This document shows, piece by piece, positions 17,156-27,052 of a DNA stretch of 64,000 nt. The DNA comes from Bacillota bacterium (GTDB lineage: Bacteria; Bacillota; Desulfotomaculia; Desulfotomaculales; VENG01): NCBI GenBank assembly GCA_009711705.1, contig VENG01000008.1:99535-163534 (forward strand), in the 5' to 3' direction. Every line of letters begins with the position of its first letter. The stretch's first letter is position 1. Under the pieces are notes generated by a model, which worked only from the letters and a program-made list of their open reading frames with translations, made no database searches and was not told the origin of the DNA. The position numbers and the translations under genes were made by a program.

Positions 17156-19066
17156 TTATTGATTGGTTAGGTCTAATTCCTGCAGCTTATCCGGCAGCGG
17201 CCTGCCTGTTTCTTGATTCCACCCGCGGGCTTTGTAATACTCCTTTAGCACTTCTGCAACTTTTTCCCGGTCCAGGGTTTTGCCTGAAGACGAAGGTTCA
17301 TCGTAAAATCGGGCTGGGAAACGGGAGTCTTCCGGCTTTTCTCCGTGACGGATATTGAAAAGCTTTTGTAAATTCCAGGTGCGTTCCCCTGCCTTGATGA
17401 TTTCTTCCGGGGTGGTATCTATGCCGGTAAGGGCGGCGTACAATTCCGAGATCAGGGTTGGTCCTACCGTATGCAGTACCGGCGGGCGAATACAAAGGCC
17501 AACTGCATTGTACAGAGATATTAAGTCTTCCGACCATTTGCTCATTTGGGGTATGTCCACGTCCCCGGTTTTGGGGTCAAAAATTCTTTCTTTCAGGATT
17601 TTAGGTATGTCCAGGGTTTGTAACATTTCATCGGGAAACGAAAATTTTTCGGTGCGGTACGGGCGGGGATTATCATTATGGCGTAGATTCTCCACCGGGT
17701 TTCTTGTACGCAGGTGGTCACCGCCCCTTATATTTGTGATGTATCCCAATGTCCATGTAGACCAGCGGGCGCGCGGGTCAATGAGCATACATTCCAAACC
17801 CTTAACGTGAACACAATATTTCTCACTACCTGCGATTTTTTCCGCTGCCCGTTTGGTGCCTTCAGCTAAGATATCGCCAAAACCTTTCCTGTGAGCAATA
17901 TTTTCAATAAGCTTGATAGTGGTTGCCTGGTTTCCCCAGTTGAGTTTGAAGCCCAGCTCAGATTCGTTAATGATCCCCTTTTGGTAGAGTTCCATGGCAA
18001 AGGCAACAGCCCCGGCGGCGGAAACCATATCCAGGCCCAAGCGCTGGCAAACTTCTGTAAGCTTGGCCACTGCAGACAGGTTGTCGATATCACAGCCGGC
18101 GCCGAAAGCAATTACCGGTGTTACTTCCATATCTTTAAGCTGCAAGCCGGCATAAGGGCCGTCTTTTATTTCCACCCAGTGTGCACACGCTATGGGACAT
18201 GCCATACAGGCCACGCCCCGCTTAGTGTAGTGATGAAGTTGTTTCCGGGTGCGGGTACTTTCCCAGCCTTCAATGGTACCGGTTTGGTAGTTGCGACCCG
18301 GTAGGATACCATGTTCCTGGTAGGGAATGGTAACCAGCATGGTACCGTATTTGCTAAAAGGCTTATAGAATGGCGAATCCATTATGGCCTGGCGGGTTTT
18401 ATTAACAGACCGCAGAAATTCATTCTTGTAAGCTACTCTGACAGCGCCGGTACCCTTTACCGCGATAGCCTTTAAGTTTTTAGAGCCCATCACGGCACCC
18501 AGCCCGGTGCGGGCCCACGCGTCGTAAGGCCCGTTTTCAATGCTGGCGTAGCGAACCATATTTTCACCGGCCTGGCCGATACAGGCTACTTGCGCTTCTG
18601 CGTTCTGTTTACTGCGTATGGCGCGAATGGTTTCCCAGGCGTCCAAACCCCAAATATTTTGAGCAGAAATGATTTTTACTTTACTGTCGTTTATCTGTAG
18701 GTATACGGGTTTTTCGGACTTTCCTTTCAAGACAATGACATCAAATCCGGCAAACTTTAACTCTCCGCCCCAATAATTACCTGAACTTGAGGTACCGAAT
18801 AAACCGGTGGCAGGCGAAAGGGAGGAAACTTCCGTTCTACATGCCGTGGGAATATTAGTCCCACAGAAAACCCCTGTGCTGAAAATAAGCACATTTTCCG
18901 GGCCGAGAGGGTCGGCGCCGGGTGGAATATTATCATACAGAATACGTGCGTTGAAGCCCGTACCGCTTAAATACATGGTCTGTAAACTTCTATCCAAAAG
19001 CTGTTCAGTTATGGTATGATCGGTTAGGTTAATAATTAGCATTTTCCCTGCGTACCCGTAAGCCAT
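17156..19066 (-). CDS. aor: aldehyde:ferredoxin oxidoreductase family (tungstopterin enzyme)
   Basis: N-terminus MAYGYAGKMLIINLTD; Cys motif GVACMACPIACAHW. ATG 19066 overlaps the upstream gene's stop (TAATG). The track start 19159 lies inside the ferredoxin gene. Confidence 0.85.
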   Translation of the reverse strand: MAYGYAGKMLIINLTDHTITEQLLDRSLQTMYLSGTGFNARILYDNIPPGADPLGPENVLIFSTGVFCGTNIPTACRTEVSSLSPATGLFGTSSSGNYWGGELKFAGFDVIVLKGKSEKPVYLQINDSKVKIISAQNIWGLDAWETIRAIRSKQNAEAQVACIGQAGENMVRYASIENGPYDAWARTGLGAVMGSKNLKAIAVKGTGAVRVAYKNEFLRSVNKTRQAIMDSPFYKPFSKYGTMLVTIPYQEHGILPGRNYQTGTIEGWESTRTRKQLHHYTKRGVACMACPIACAHWVEIKDGPYAGLQLKDMEVTPVIAFGAGCDIDNLSAVAKLTEVCQRLGLDMVSAAGAVAFAMELYQKGIINESELGFKLNWGNQATTIKLIENIAHRKGFGDILAEGTKRAAEKIAGSEKYCVHVKGLECMLIDPRARWSTWTLGYITNIRGGDHLRTRNPVENLRHNDNPRPYRTEKFSFPDEMLQTLDIPKILKERIFDPKTGDVDIPQMSKWSEDLISLYNAVGLCIRPPVLHTVGPTLISELYAALTGIDTTPEEIIKAGERTWNLQKLFNIRHGEKPEDSRFPARFYDEPSSSGKTLDREKVAEVLKEYYKARGWNQETGRPLPDKLQELDLTNQ

Positions 19067-19332
19067 TAATTGGCACCTCCTTCGGTGTGACCGGTATTGT
19101 CCGGTACATTCATACTGCGTATTGCCCCTGAGGGGCATGCTTTTGCACACTGGTGACAACTTTTGCAGCTAGACAAGAAGGATATTAGAAAAATACCCTC
19201 AAAGTCATATTTAGTGATTCTGATATGAGATTTAGCCAAATCAAATTCCCCCTGGTTAGCGAGGGAACACGTGAGGGCACATGTGGAACAGCCAATACAT
19301 TTTGCGGGGGTGATGATTAGTTCTTTTTTCAT
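19066..19332 (-). CDS. 4Fe-4S dicluster ferredoxin-like protein
   Basis: CIGCSTCALTC and CKSCHQCAKACP motifs; translationally coupled to aor. Confidence 0.75.
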   Translation of the reverse strand: MKKELIITPAKCIGCSTCALTCSLANQGEFDLAKSHIRITKYDFEGIFLISFLSSCKSCHQCAKACPSGAIRSMNVPDNTGHTEGGAN

Positions 19333-19535
19333 TACATATCACTCCGTGTTCTTGATTGTTAACTAAATTTTCTTGGTCGGGAACTACTTTCCTGCCTGGT
19401 GAGGCTGTAATATTCAACAGTTAATTTTTGAACAATATTCATTTTGGTTAAAATGTACTATAACAGGTAAATATTGTTTCGCGAGGTTGCAGGTCAATGT
19501 TATAATTTACGAGAAATATCGATTTAGGAGGGAAT

Positions 19536-20489
19536 ATGTTGAAACTTCCTCAACTTAAAATAGGTAAGCTAAGACCTAGATTTCCTATTATTCAAGGAGG
19601 CATGGCTTTACGTGTTTCTACGGCACCGTTGGCGGCAGCTGTCGCTAATGCCGGGGGAATCGGTGTGTTGGGTGCCAGCGGTATGTCCAGTGATGAATTG
19701 CGTCAGGAAATCAAAAAAGCACGCAGCCTTTCTTCCGGTCTCCTGGGAGTAAATATTATGTTTGCATTAAAGAGCTTTCCGCAACTGGTTCGTACAGCCT
19801 TTGATGAAAAAATTGACGTTATTTTTACCGGAGCCGGCTTTTCCCGGGATATCTTTAAATGGGGCAAGGATGCCGGGGTACCGGTAGTATCTATTGTCTC
19901 CACGCCAAAGCTGGCATTTTTAGCCGAAAAACTAGGTGCCTCAGCGGTAGTGGTTGAGGGAACCGAGGCAGGGGGGCATTTAGGTACGGACAAGTCTTTG
20001 GGTGAAATACTGCCGGCCGTACGTAAAGCAATTAAAATCCCTTTAATTGCTGCCGGTGGAATAGTTGACGGCATAGGAATTTCTAAAATGTTGCAGTTAG
20101 GTGCGGATGGAGTGCAAATGGCCACTCGGTTTGTCCTCAGTAAAGAATGTGCCGTTGCTGATTCCTTTAAGCAGATGTATTTAAATGCCAAAGAGGAGGA
20201 CGTAGTTTTGATTCCTAGCCCGGTGGGAATGCCTGGGCGTGCCCTGCGCAATTCCTTTACTGCCAAAATAATGGGCGGGGGTAAAGTGAAGCCCCGAAAT
20301 TGTGATAGTTGTTTAAAGAAATGCTCATCACAATACTGCATTATGGAGGCGCTGGAGAATTCTCGCATCGGAAATGTCGGCGAGGGAGTGGTTTTTGCCG
20401 GGAAAAATGTCCATCGGGTGAAGGACATCCTTTCGGTGCAGGAGATTTTTGACCGCTTAATAAGTGAAGTGCACGCTGTACCGGAATAA
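19536..20489 (+). CDS. NAD(P)H-dependent flavin oxidoreductase (nitronate monooxygenase/FabK family)
   Basis: PIIQGGMA, GGIGVLG and VVVEGTEAGGH motifs. Confidence 0.75.
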   Translation: MLKLPQLKIGKLRPRFPIIQGGMALRVSTAPLAAAVANAGGIGVLGASGMSSDELRQEIKKARSLSSGLLGVNIMFALKSFPQLVRTAFDEKIDVIFTGAGFSRDIFKWGKDAGVPVVSIVSTPKLAFLAEKLGASAVVVEGTEAGGHLGTDKSLGEILPAVRKAIKIPLIAAGGIVDGIGISKMLQLGADGVQMATRFVLSKECAVADSFKQMYLNAKEEDVVLIPSPVGMPGRALRNSFTAKIMGGGKVKPRNCDSCLKKCSSQYCIMEALENSRIGNVGEGVVFAGKNVHRVKDILSVQEIFDRLISEVHAVPE

Positions 20490-20490
20490 G

Positions 20491-20516
20491 AAAACCCGCC
20501 TATTGGCGGGTTTTTT
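20491..20516. terminator. rho-independent terminator
   Basis: AAAACCCGCC-TATT-GGCGGGTTTTTT. Confidence 0.85.
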
Positions 20517-20835
20517 AACTTAAAAAGTTAATCAAGAATAGGGCAATAACTGCTGCTCCCAGGCTTAAAGGAATTTTTCTGGTAAAATAGGCTACAACAG
20601 CTCCGGTTAATACCACGCCAATTTCCCGCAGGTGCTCAGCCACAGCTATCTGCTCGCCGCCGGTAAGCAGCGGGGGAGCGATCATACTGGCAAAAATAAC
20701 AATTGGCAGCAGTCGCAGCCACTCTTTCAATGCTGGATGCATTTTTTCACCGCTGATGATAAAAAAGGGGAGCACTCTGGGTATACAGGTTACCAAAGCC
20801 ATACCCACAATTATGATCCAGATTTCTTGGCCCAT
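20515..20835 (-). CDS. azlD: branched-chain amino acid exporter small subunit AzlD
   Basis: 106 aa, 4 TM; overlaps the azlC 3' end. Confidence 0.7.
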   Translation of the reverse strand: MGQEIWIIIVGMALVTCIPRVLPFFIISGEKMHPALKEWLRLLPIVIFASMIAPPLLTGGEQIAVAEHLREIGVVLTGAVVAYFTRKIPLSLGAAVIALFLINFLS

Positions 20836-21536
20836 TTATATACCCCCAGTCCAAGCAGAGAAGCTACCAGGCTTGCCAGCAGCACGGCCGAAGAGCTGTA
20901 TCCGTTTAAAGTAAGGGTGACAGCTATGGCCGCGGCAATTAACGCCAGAAGAATATCAGTACGTTTGGATACTGATACTACAACAATGGAAATAAACAGA
21001 GCATAAAGCGCTGCTTCAATGCCCATATCCTGCATGCCTGGAACGGCATTTCCCAGGTAGATACCGGCCAGGGTGGAAAACTGCCACTGTAGATAAAGCG
21101 ATACATTTACCCCTAAAACATACCAGGGAGACATTTTGCTGCCGGAGGTAATGCGTTGTGAGGTCAGGGCAAATCCCTCGTCGGTGACCAGTGCGCCGGT
21201 AATGATACGGTGCAATGCATTACCTTTAGGGATGGCACTGGCAATGTAAGAACTCATCAGCACGTGGCGTAAGTTAATGATCAAGGTTCCCAGTATAATG
21301 GTGCCGGTGGTAGCCCCGGTGTTGAGTAAGGTCAGGGCCAGAAATTGGCTTGCCCCGGCAAAAACCAGGGTGGACATTCCTATGGTGGATAAAGTTGAAA
21401 GGCCGGTATCGAGTGACATGGCCCCGAATAATATGCCTACCGGCAAGAATTCTATGATAAAGAAAAGCGCGGCAACCATGCCGGTGTTAAATTCTTTCAG
21501 TACTGTTTGTGGCTGTGAGTAAGCCGGGGTAGACAT
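20811..21536 (-). CDS. azlC: AzlC family branched-chain amino acid exporter
   Basis: 241 aa; ASQF and LRHVLMS motifs; paired with azlD. Confidence 0.75.
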   Translation of the reverse strand: MSTPAYSQPQTVLKEFNTGMVAALFFIIEFLPVGILFGAMSLDTGLSTLSTIGMSTLVFAGASQFLALTLLNTGATTGTIILGTLIINLRHVLMSSYIASAIPKGNALHRIITGALVTDEGFALTSQRITSGSKMSPWYVLGVNVSLYLQWQFSTLAGIYLGNAVPGMQDMGIEAALYALFISIVVVSVSKRTDILLALIAAAIAVTLTLNGYSSSAVLLASLVASLLGLGVYKWAKKSGS

Positions 21537-21682
21537 AGGTTCACCAACTTCTAACTGATAGTGTTTTAATTACTTATACAATTAATCATTTTCAGCACTA
21601 AAAGTCAATGGTGCTTATAAAACAAGTTATTATTTTTAGTTCGGCTGTAAATAATAGAATTATTAAAGATAGGAGGGTCTGT

Positions 21683-22198
21683 ATGGACACTTGGCAAGCT
21701 ATTAATGCCAGAACCTCAGTACGTGAATTTAAAATGGAGCCTGTGCCTGAGGATCATGTAGAGCAGTTAGTGCAAGCAGCTGTGCGTGCCCCCAGTGCCG
21801 GAAATATACAGCCCTGGTTTTTTTATATCGTGACCAGCGGCAGGCTTAAAAATGCTTTGGCGCAAGCAGCGCTGGGGCAGGGGTCTATTGCTTCAGCTCC
21901 TGTTGTAATAGTGGTCTGCGCTGAGCCGGAAGCAAGCGCAAAGATTTATGGTGACCGTGGTAGACATCTCTATTGTTTACAAGATACCGCTGCAGCCTTA
22001 CAGAATTTGATGTTGGCAGCCATACCGCTGGGCTTGGGAACCTGTTGGGTTGGGGCATTTGATGAAGGTAAAGTTGCCGAGCTTCTAGACATGTCCGGAG
22101 GACGGCGGCCTGTGGCTATGGTACCCGTTGGTTACCCGGAAAATATAAAAGGGGTTACCCCAAGAAAATCGTTGGGGCAAGTTATGAAATATCTTTAA
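21683..22198 (+). CDS. nitroreductase family protein
   Basis: MDTWQAINARTSVREF...PSAGNIQPW. ATG 21683 follows AGGAGGG. The track start 21608 is upstream of the SD. Confidence 0.75.
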   Translation: MDTWQAINARTSVREFKMEPVPEDHVEQLVQAAVRAPSAGNIQPWFFYIVTSGRLKNALAQAALGQGSIASAPVVIVVCAEPEASAKIYGDRGRHLYCLQDTAAALQNLMLAAIPLGLGTCWVGAFDEGKVAELLDMSGGRRPVAMVPVGYPENIKGVTPRKSLGQVMKYL

Positions 22199-22426
22199 CA
22201 AAGAAATTTAGACTGCTTGCTTGTCTGATATGTAAACTATACTTTACATATCTTTTACTAACTGGTTACATAATTAACAGGTAGACTAGAATATGAAATT
22301 GGGTTCTATCGCGGAAATCTCGTCTCTGCTTAAAAATAATGAATTTTCTAAATTTACAGGTATTATTTTTGCAACATTTTTTTATAAATTGGTAAGTTAA
22401 AAAGGAATTAGATAAGGAGGGTTTCG

Positions 22427-22942
22427 GTGAACAAGATAGATGATTTTACAAAGGAAGAGCTTTATACTTTGGTACAGGACTTTGCCAAAAGGTGGTTGGC
22501 ACACGACGGACTATGGTTTCAAGCGGTGGAGAAGGCCGGGGGAATGGATGGAGCCATTGCAGCAGACACGGCTGCTTGGGAGAAGTTTACTGTCCTTGAG
22601 GCCAAAAGAATAATGAAGTTTCTTGGCCTGGAGCCGGGCGGTGGAATCCCTGCACTGAAAAAGGCACTGCAGTTGCGCCTGTATGCATTTATTAACAAAC
22701 AGGAAATAATCGATGTTGATGAAAATACTTTTATATTCCGTATGAACGACTGCCGCGTGCAGTCTGCGCGAAATAGGAAGGATTTACCGGATTTCCCCTG
22801 TAAAAGTGTAGGAGTTGTGGAGTATAGCGGTTTTGCCAGAACCATTGACCCCCGTTTTGAAACAAAATGTATATGCTGTCCTCCTGACGAACATCCCGCA
22901 GAATATTATTGTGCTTGGGAATTTACGCTACGGAGTGAGTAG
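22427..22942 (+). CDS. cytosolic protein, ATC-hydrolase/DUF6125-like
   Basis: KRWLAHDGLWFQ motif and a C-terminal Cys cluster; family recalled, not verified. Confidence 0.4.
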   Translation: MNKIDDFTKEELYTLVQDFAKRWLAHDGLWFQAVEKAGGMDGAIAADTAAWEKFTVLEAKRIMKFLGLEPGGGIPALKKALQLRLYAFINKQEIIDVDENTFIFRMNDCRVQSARNRKDLPDFPCKSVGVVEYSGFARTIDPRFETKCICCPPDEHPAEYYCAWEFTLRSE

Positions 22943-22954
22943 GGTGGTGACCTT

Positions 22955-23122
22955 TTGAAAAGGGAAGAAGAGGCTGCAATGGCATTAAAGAAGTATATTG
23001 AGGAACATCCTGGTGAAAAACTGGCTATTTTTAAACTCTCACATAAATTAGGTTATTCTGTACTGGAGCTGAATGCCGCCCTGCGAAAATTAGCATCTGA
23101 AGGCTGGTTGAAGCAAGGTTAA
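22955..23122 (+). CDS. small winged-helix-like protein (55 aa)
   Basis: Below the track cut-off. SD GGTGGTG + TTG 22955 (or ATG 22979): ...MALKKYIEEHPGEKLAIFKLSHKLGYSVLELNAALRKLASEGWLKQG. Followed by terminator 23133..23160. Confidence 0.35.
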   Translation: MKREEEAAMALKKYIEEHPGEKLAIFKLSHKLGYSVLELNAALRKLASEGWLKQG

Positions 23123-23160
23123 AAGGGAAAGGAATTACCCTCTTGGGGGGGTAATTTTTT

Positions 23161-23257
23161 ATCAGATTTCTAAAACTCCCACTTATATAAGTGGGAGTTT
23201 GCACTTTTTTTCTTCAGGTGGAAGCCCCGATGTTCAGCATTAGCTGAACGAGTTCAC
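23161..23257 (-). repeat. modular hairpin repeat, copy A (modules R+L)
   Basis: Reverse complement matches 40785..40896 except for the absent middle hairpin. Confidence 0.85.
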
Positions 23258-23517
23258 TGTTTAGGAAAGTATACCAAAAAGGGGACCGGCTCCTTTTTCC
23301 GCGCGTGCCCCAATATTGTGGCACGTCATTTGCTTACTTCACGTTGACTTCTAGTGGAGGGTGTGCTATTTTATAAAAGTGTCGTAAATTGTCGTTGATC
23401 TTTTATCAGTTCGGTATTATACTGGATGTGAGTTGTCGAAATTTTTTGAATTGAACATTTGCGAATTAACTATTTATTATGTTAACTAATATTCGTAGAG
23501 GAAAGGGAGTGTAATCA

Positions 23518-24189
23518 GTGGAGACAATTCAATTGGAAGCGGATCCGGTATTAAATGAGTTGGAAAAAATGATTATCAGGGAAGCAGGCTCCACTGTACA
23601 TTATCCAAAGGGACAAGTTATTTTTGCCGCCGGTGACATATCCGACCGAGTTTTATTAATAGAAAGTGGATGGGTAAAAATCTTTCGGCTTTCGGCAGAC
23701 GGTAAGAGGGTTACTGTAGGGCGCATGCGTAGTCCCGGAGAAATGATGGCATTAGCGGAGACACTTTTGGAAGTGGAGCGCACATGTTTTGCAGGAGCCA
23801 TAAGTGATGTAACCATGGTTGTGTTACGAAAGACCCAGTTTGAGGAATTGATGGCCAAGCACCCATTTTTGGGTATTAAAGTATCCAAATTGTTAGCGGT
23901 GAGAATGCGCGAGGCCGAGGGAATAATACATGAGATGGTTTGCTGGCAGGCACCTGGCAGGTTAGCTTTAATGTTAATGAAAATGGGTGACCGCTGCGGC
24001 AAAGAGACCAAGAACGGTATCATCTTGGACGTGCAGCTCACGCACGAAGAGATTGCTAGTATGGTCGGTACTTCGCGCCAGACTGTAACTTCTTTATTGA
24101 ATACGTTTAAACAGGAAAAGAGCATTGCCTACGAAGGTAGAGCAATACGTATAGTGGACCCTGATAAATTGGGTAAGTGGGTAGTATGA
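23518..24189 (+). CDS. Crp/Fnr family transcriptional regulator
   Basis: cNMP-binding barrel plus C-terminal HTH EEIASMVGTSRQTVTSLLNTF. Confidence 0.85.
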   Translation: METIQLEADPVLNELEKMIIREAGSTVHYPKGQVIFAAGDISDRVLLIESGWVKIFRLSADGKRVTVGRMRSPGEMMALAETLLEVERTCFAGAISDVTMVVLRKTQFEELMAKHPFLGIKVSKLLAVRMREAEGIIHEMVCWQAPGRLALMLMKMGDRCGKETKNGIILDVQLTHEEIASMVGTSRQTVTSLLNTFKQEKSIAYEGRAIRIVDPDKLGKWVV

Positions 24190-24366
24190 TATAGTTGGTA
24201 ATTATGCCCGTTAGGTATGCCCGGAACAGAAACTGATTTAGCGCGTTTTTTTAGCGGTAAAATGACAGTTTGTTTGTCAATCACAGGACAATGTCCTGTG
24301 ATTTTTTTTGTTAGATTAAAACTATCCATTAAGCGACTTTAGGAGGCCAGCTATAGGAGGATACCA

Positions 24367-24753
24367 ATGAAAGCTAATTTAAAGGTAGTTGAATTGAAAG
24401 AATTTGAAAAAGAAATAATCCGTCAAGCCGGTAATTTGGTGAGTATACGCCGGGGAAGCAACCTTTTTGCTGCCGGAGAAACGGCGAACCGTGTGTTTCT
24501 GGTGGAAAAAGGTTGGCTAAAAATTTGCCGTGTCAATCCGGAAGGTGAACATATAGCGGTAGGAAATTTGCGTGGGCCAGGAGATTTGCTGGGGGCAGCC
24601 GAAGCGTTATGGGGTGAGCATCATAAGTATGGTGCTCATGGTGTCACCGATGGCCTGATAAGTGTTTTGTCCCGTAAAGCATTTTTGGAACTATTGGATA
24701 CAGAACCATTCCTGGCTGTTAAGTTATGCAAAACGGTAGTCTTTTTAAGCTAA
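24367..24753 (+). CDS. Crp/Fnr paralog with sensor (cNMP-binding) domain only, no HTH
   Basis: Aligns to residues ~10-135 of the upstream Crp (RVFLVEKGWLKICRV vs RVLLIESGWVKIFRL). Stops before the HTH and is followed by a hairpin + T-run at ~24810..24850. Confidence 0.6.
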   Translation: MKANLKVVELKEFEKEIIRQAGNLVSIRRGSNLFAAGETANRVFLVEKGWLKICRVNPEGEHIAVGNLRGPGDLLGAAEALWGEHHKYGAHGVTDGLISVLSRKAFLELLDTEPFLAVKLCKTVVFLS

Positions 24754-24995
24754 TTCCGAAGAAAAGAAAGTAGGCAAAGAGTCATCTTGACAACGCTTTC
24801 CAGTCATTTTTCGACAGGAATGTGTCGTTAAGATGACTTTTTTTTGTCACCTGCCAGACAAAAAAGATAGATTAAATTTGATAATCTTATTCATAAGTTA
24901 AAGTTAATCTTGAGGTCGAAATACAGTCGCGGTAGTTATTATGGTCTGTATGGTTGCAGTATCAAGTGCTGCCTTATAAAAAGAGGAGGGGAATC

Positions 24996-25802
24996 ATGCT
25001 ACTAAATGTGAAGGAACTGGCACTAAAGGATAGCTTGAGCTATCAAGAAATGCAGGACGCTCTGGAATACTTGTTTAGGTTGGATTATCATCCCGTCGCC
25101 ATTAAGTTTTTCTTTGACCAGGCTGAGTACGACAGTTACCAGGCGGAAAAGGTGCCGGGTCCAAAAATGACTTATTGTCAAATTGCATTAGCATCACGTT
25201 TTAATAGTTTTACCGTTAAAGCTTCTGTAGATAACTTGTTATGTGGTAATGCCAAGACTGTATTTGGTTTTCGGGAAGCTGACGATGCAGAGGTTGACGG
25301 GCATGTTAAGTATACAGCTGATTGGGATGCGGCTAAAAAATGCCTACTTAGTAAGCCAAAACTGCCACTGGGAGAATTGAAAGGTTTTGCCACTGCGCCG
25401 CTGGGAAAAGCTGATTTTGAACCCAGTGTGGTATTTTTTGTAGTTAACCCTCTGCAGGCCTATCATATCGCCAATGATTACATCGGGGCTTTCGGAGAGC
25501 ACCCCCTTACCTATAAACATACAGTTAATTCCGCGGTTTGCGCCGGCAGCGTTGTTTCTTACCTGGATAATGCCATAAATATGACTACCATGTGCGCAGG
25601 TAGTTTTACTTCCGGGAAAACAGAAAAAGGTGAGGTTAATCTGTTTATTCCAGGCAGCAAAATAGGTGGGGTAGCTGCACAGCTGATTCACCGCACCAAT
25701 AAATACGGCGGCCCTTCCATGTTGGGGACACCAGGACAGGAATTCCCGGGCATGGATGCTTGTAAAAAATGTCCCATGATCAAGTTTAAGGATGCCAAAT
25801 AA
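24996..25802 (+). CDS. DUF169 (COG2043) family protein
   Basis: HPVAIKFF...MTYCQ motif region. ATG 24996 follows AGAGGAGGGG. Confidence 0.55.
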   Translation: MLLNVKELALKDSLSYQEMQDALEYLFRLDYHPVAIKFFFDQAEYDSYQAEKVPGPKMTYCQIALASRFNSFTVKASVDNLLCGNAKTVFGFREADDAEVDGHVKYTADWDAAKKCLLSKPKLPLGELKGFATAPLGKADFEPSVVFFVVNPLQAYHIANDYIGAFGEHPLTYKHTVNSAVCAGSVVSYLDNAINMTTMCAGSFTSGKTEKGEVNLFIPGSKIGGVAAQLIHRTNKYGGPSMLGTPGQEFPGMDACKKCPMIKFKDAK

Positions 25803-25953
25803 CAACGGGGTTACGCCCCAGAGTTTATAGATAAAACAGTGATTATATGATTTTTCAGGGGGGTGATAAGGTAGGTCGGCTTTTATTGTTGGAGAGAGTT
25901 GGGTTTGTTCAGGAGTGTAGGTAAATACTGAAAGGGAAAAGGAGGACTTATCC

Positions 25954-26949
25954 ATGGATTTTGCCATTTCTGGAATTCATGCTAACCCCATTTGGATTAT
26001 TGTTTGGGGCATTTTAACCGGATATGTTTTTTCTACCGTTGGTGCTGCGGGTGCTGTTTTGACCCTTATTGGACAGGTTTCACTGTTTAAGATTGATAAA
26101 ATCATGCCCAAACACTTGATGGCACAGGGTATGGGTGAGGCGGCAGCTACTGCACAAGCCAAAAATACAATCAAGGTACACAACTTGATGGCTGTTATAT
26201 TGTCACCGATCATCGCGGTACCCAAGTACTTTAAGGAAAAGCGGGTGGCCATCCCACTGGCCTTATGTGTTGCAGCCGGTGTTGTATTCGGTGCCCTTAT
26301 TGGACCACAAATCCCCATGTCCTTAAAGGCGTACAAGTTTGGTTTTGGGGTTATTACTTTCATAATTGGTTTACGTCTTGCATATGAGACTACAGGTATC
26401 TACCGCTCGAAGAAACAGAAGCTAAATGAAGTTTCCAAGGCCTTTGAATCCAAGGTAAAAGAAATGAAACAAAGTGGTAACTGGGATGCCCTGGCTACGG
26501 AAGGTTTTAAGGTTAACAACTTCAGCATTAAAGGATTAAACTTTACTTTCTGGGGACAGGAATTTTCCATTAACCCCATCATAGCAGCAGTTGGCGGTTT
26601 CTTCATTGCTATTATTGCATCCATGTTTGGTCTGGGCGGCGGCTTCATGTTGGTTCCATACTTGTCTTCCATCTTCGTACTGCCCATGTTCATGGTTTCC
26701 GGTACTTCCATTCTCATCGTGCTTGTGAACTCAGTGGTTGCTATTGGGAGTTACGTGGCCAAGGGTGCTACTCCTGACTTCCTGTACATTGGATTTTTCC
26801 TGGTCGGTGTTGCCGGTGGATCGTATCTTGGACCGGTTTTCTCCAAGTTTTACAAGGAAAAGTACTTGCGGTGGCTTTTGGCATCAATACTTCTGTTCTA
26901 CGGTCTGAGGTTTATGGGTGTTTGGCAAGCCCTTGGATTAGGCATCTAA
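25954..26949 (+). CDS. TauE/SafE (DUF81) family anion exporter
   Basis: Two 4-TM halves with a long charged central loop; VGAAGAVLTL and GLGGGFMLVP motifs. Confidence 0.7.
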   Translation: MDFAISGIHANPIWIIVWGILTGYVFSTVGAAGAVLTLIGQVSLFKIDKIMPKHLMAQGMGEAAATAQAKNTIKVHNLMAVILSPIIAVPKYFKEKRVAIPLALCVAAGVVFGALIGPQIPMSLKAYKFGFGVITFIIGLRLAYETTGIYRSKKQKLNEVSKAFESKVKEMKQSGNWDALATEGFKVNNFSIKGLNFTFWGQEFSINPIIAAVGGFFIAIIASMFGLGGGFMLVPYLSSIFVLPMFMVSGTSILIVLVNSVVAIGSYVAKGATPDFLYIGFFLVGVAGGSYLGPVFSKFYKEKYLRWLLASILLFYGLRFMGVWQALGLGI

Positions 26950-27052
26950 AGTTGCTATAATACTTTTAAATACTTTATTTCTTAATTAACGGGTGGGTTC
27001 GGTAGTGGCCGAACCCACCCCACAACTATTTAAAGAGAGTGGTGGTTTAGTT

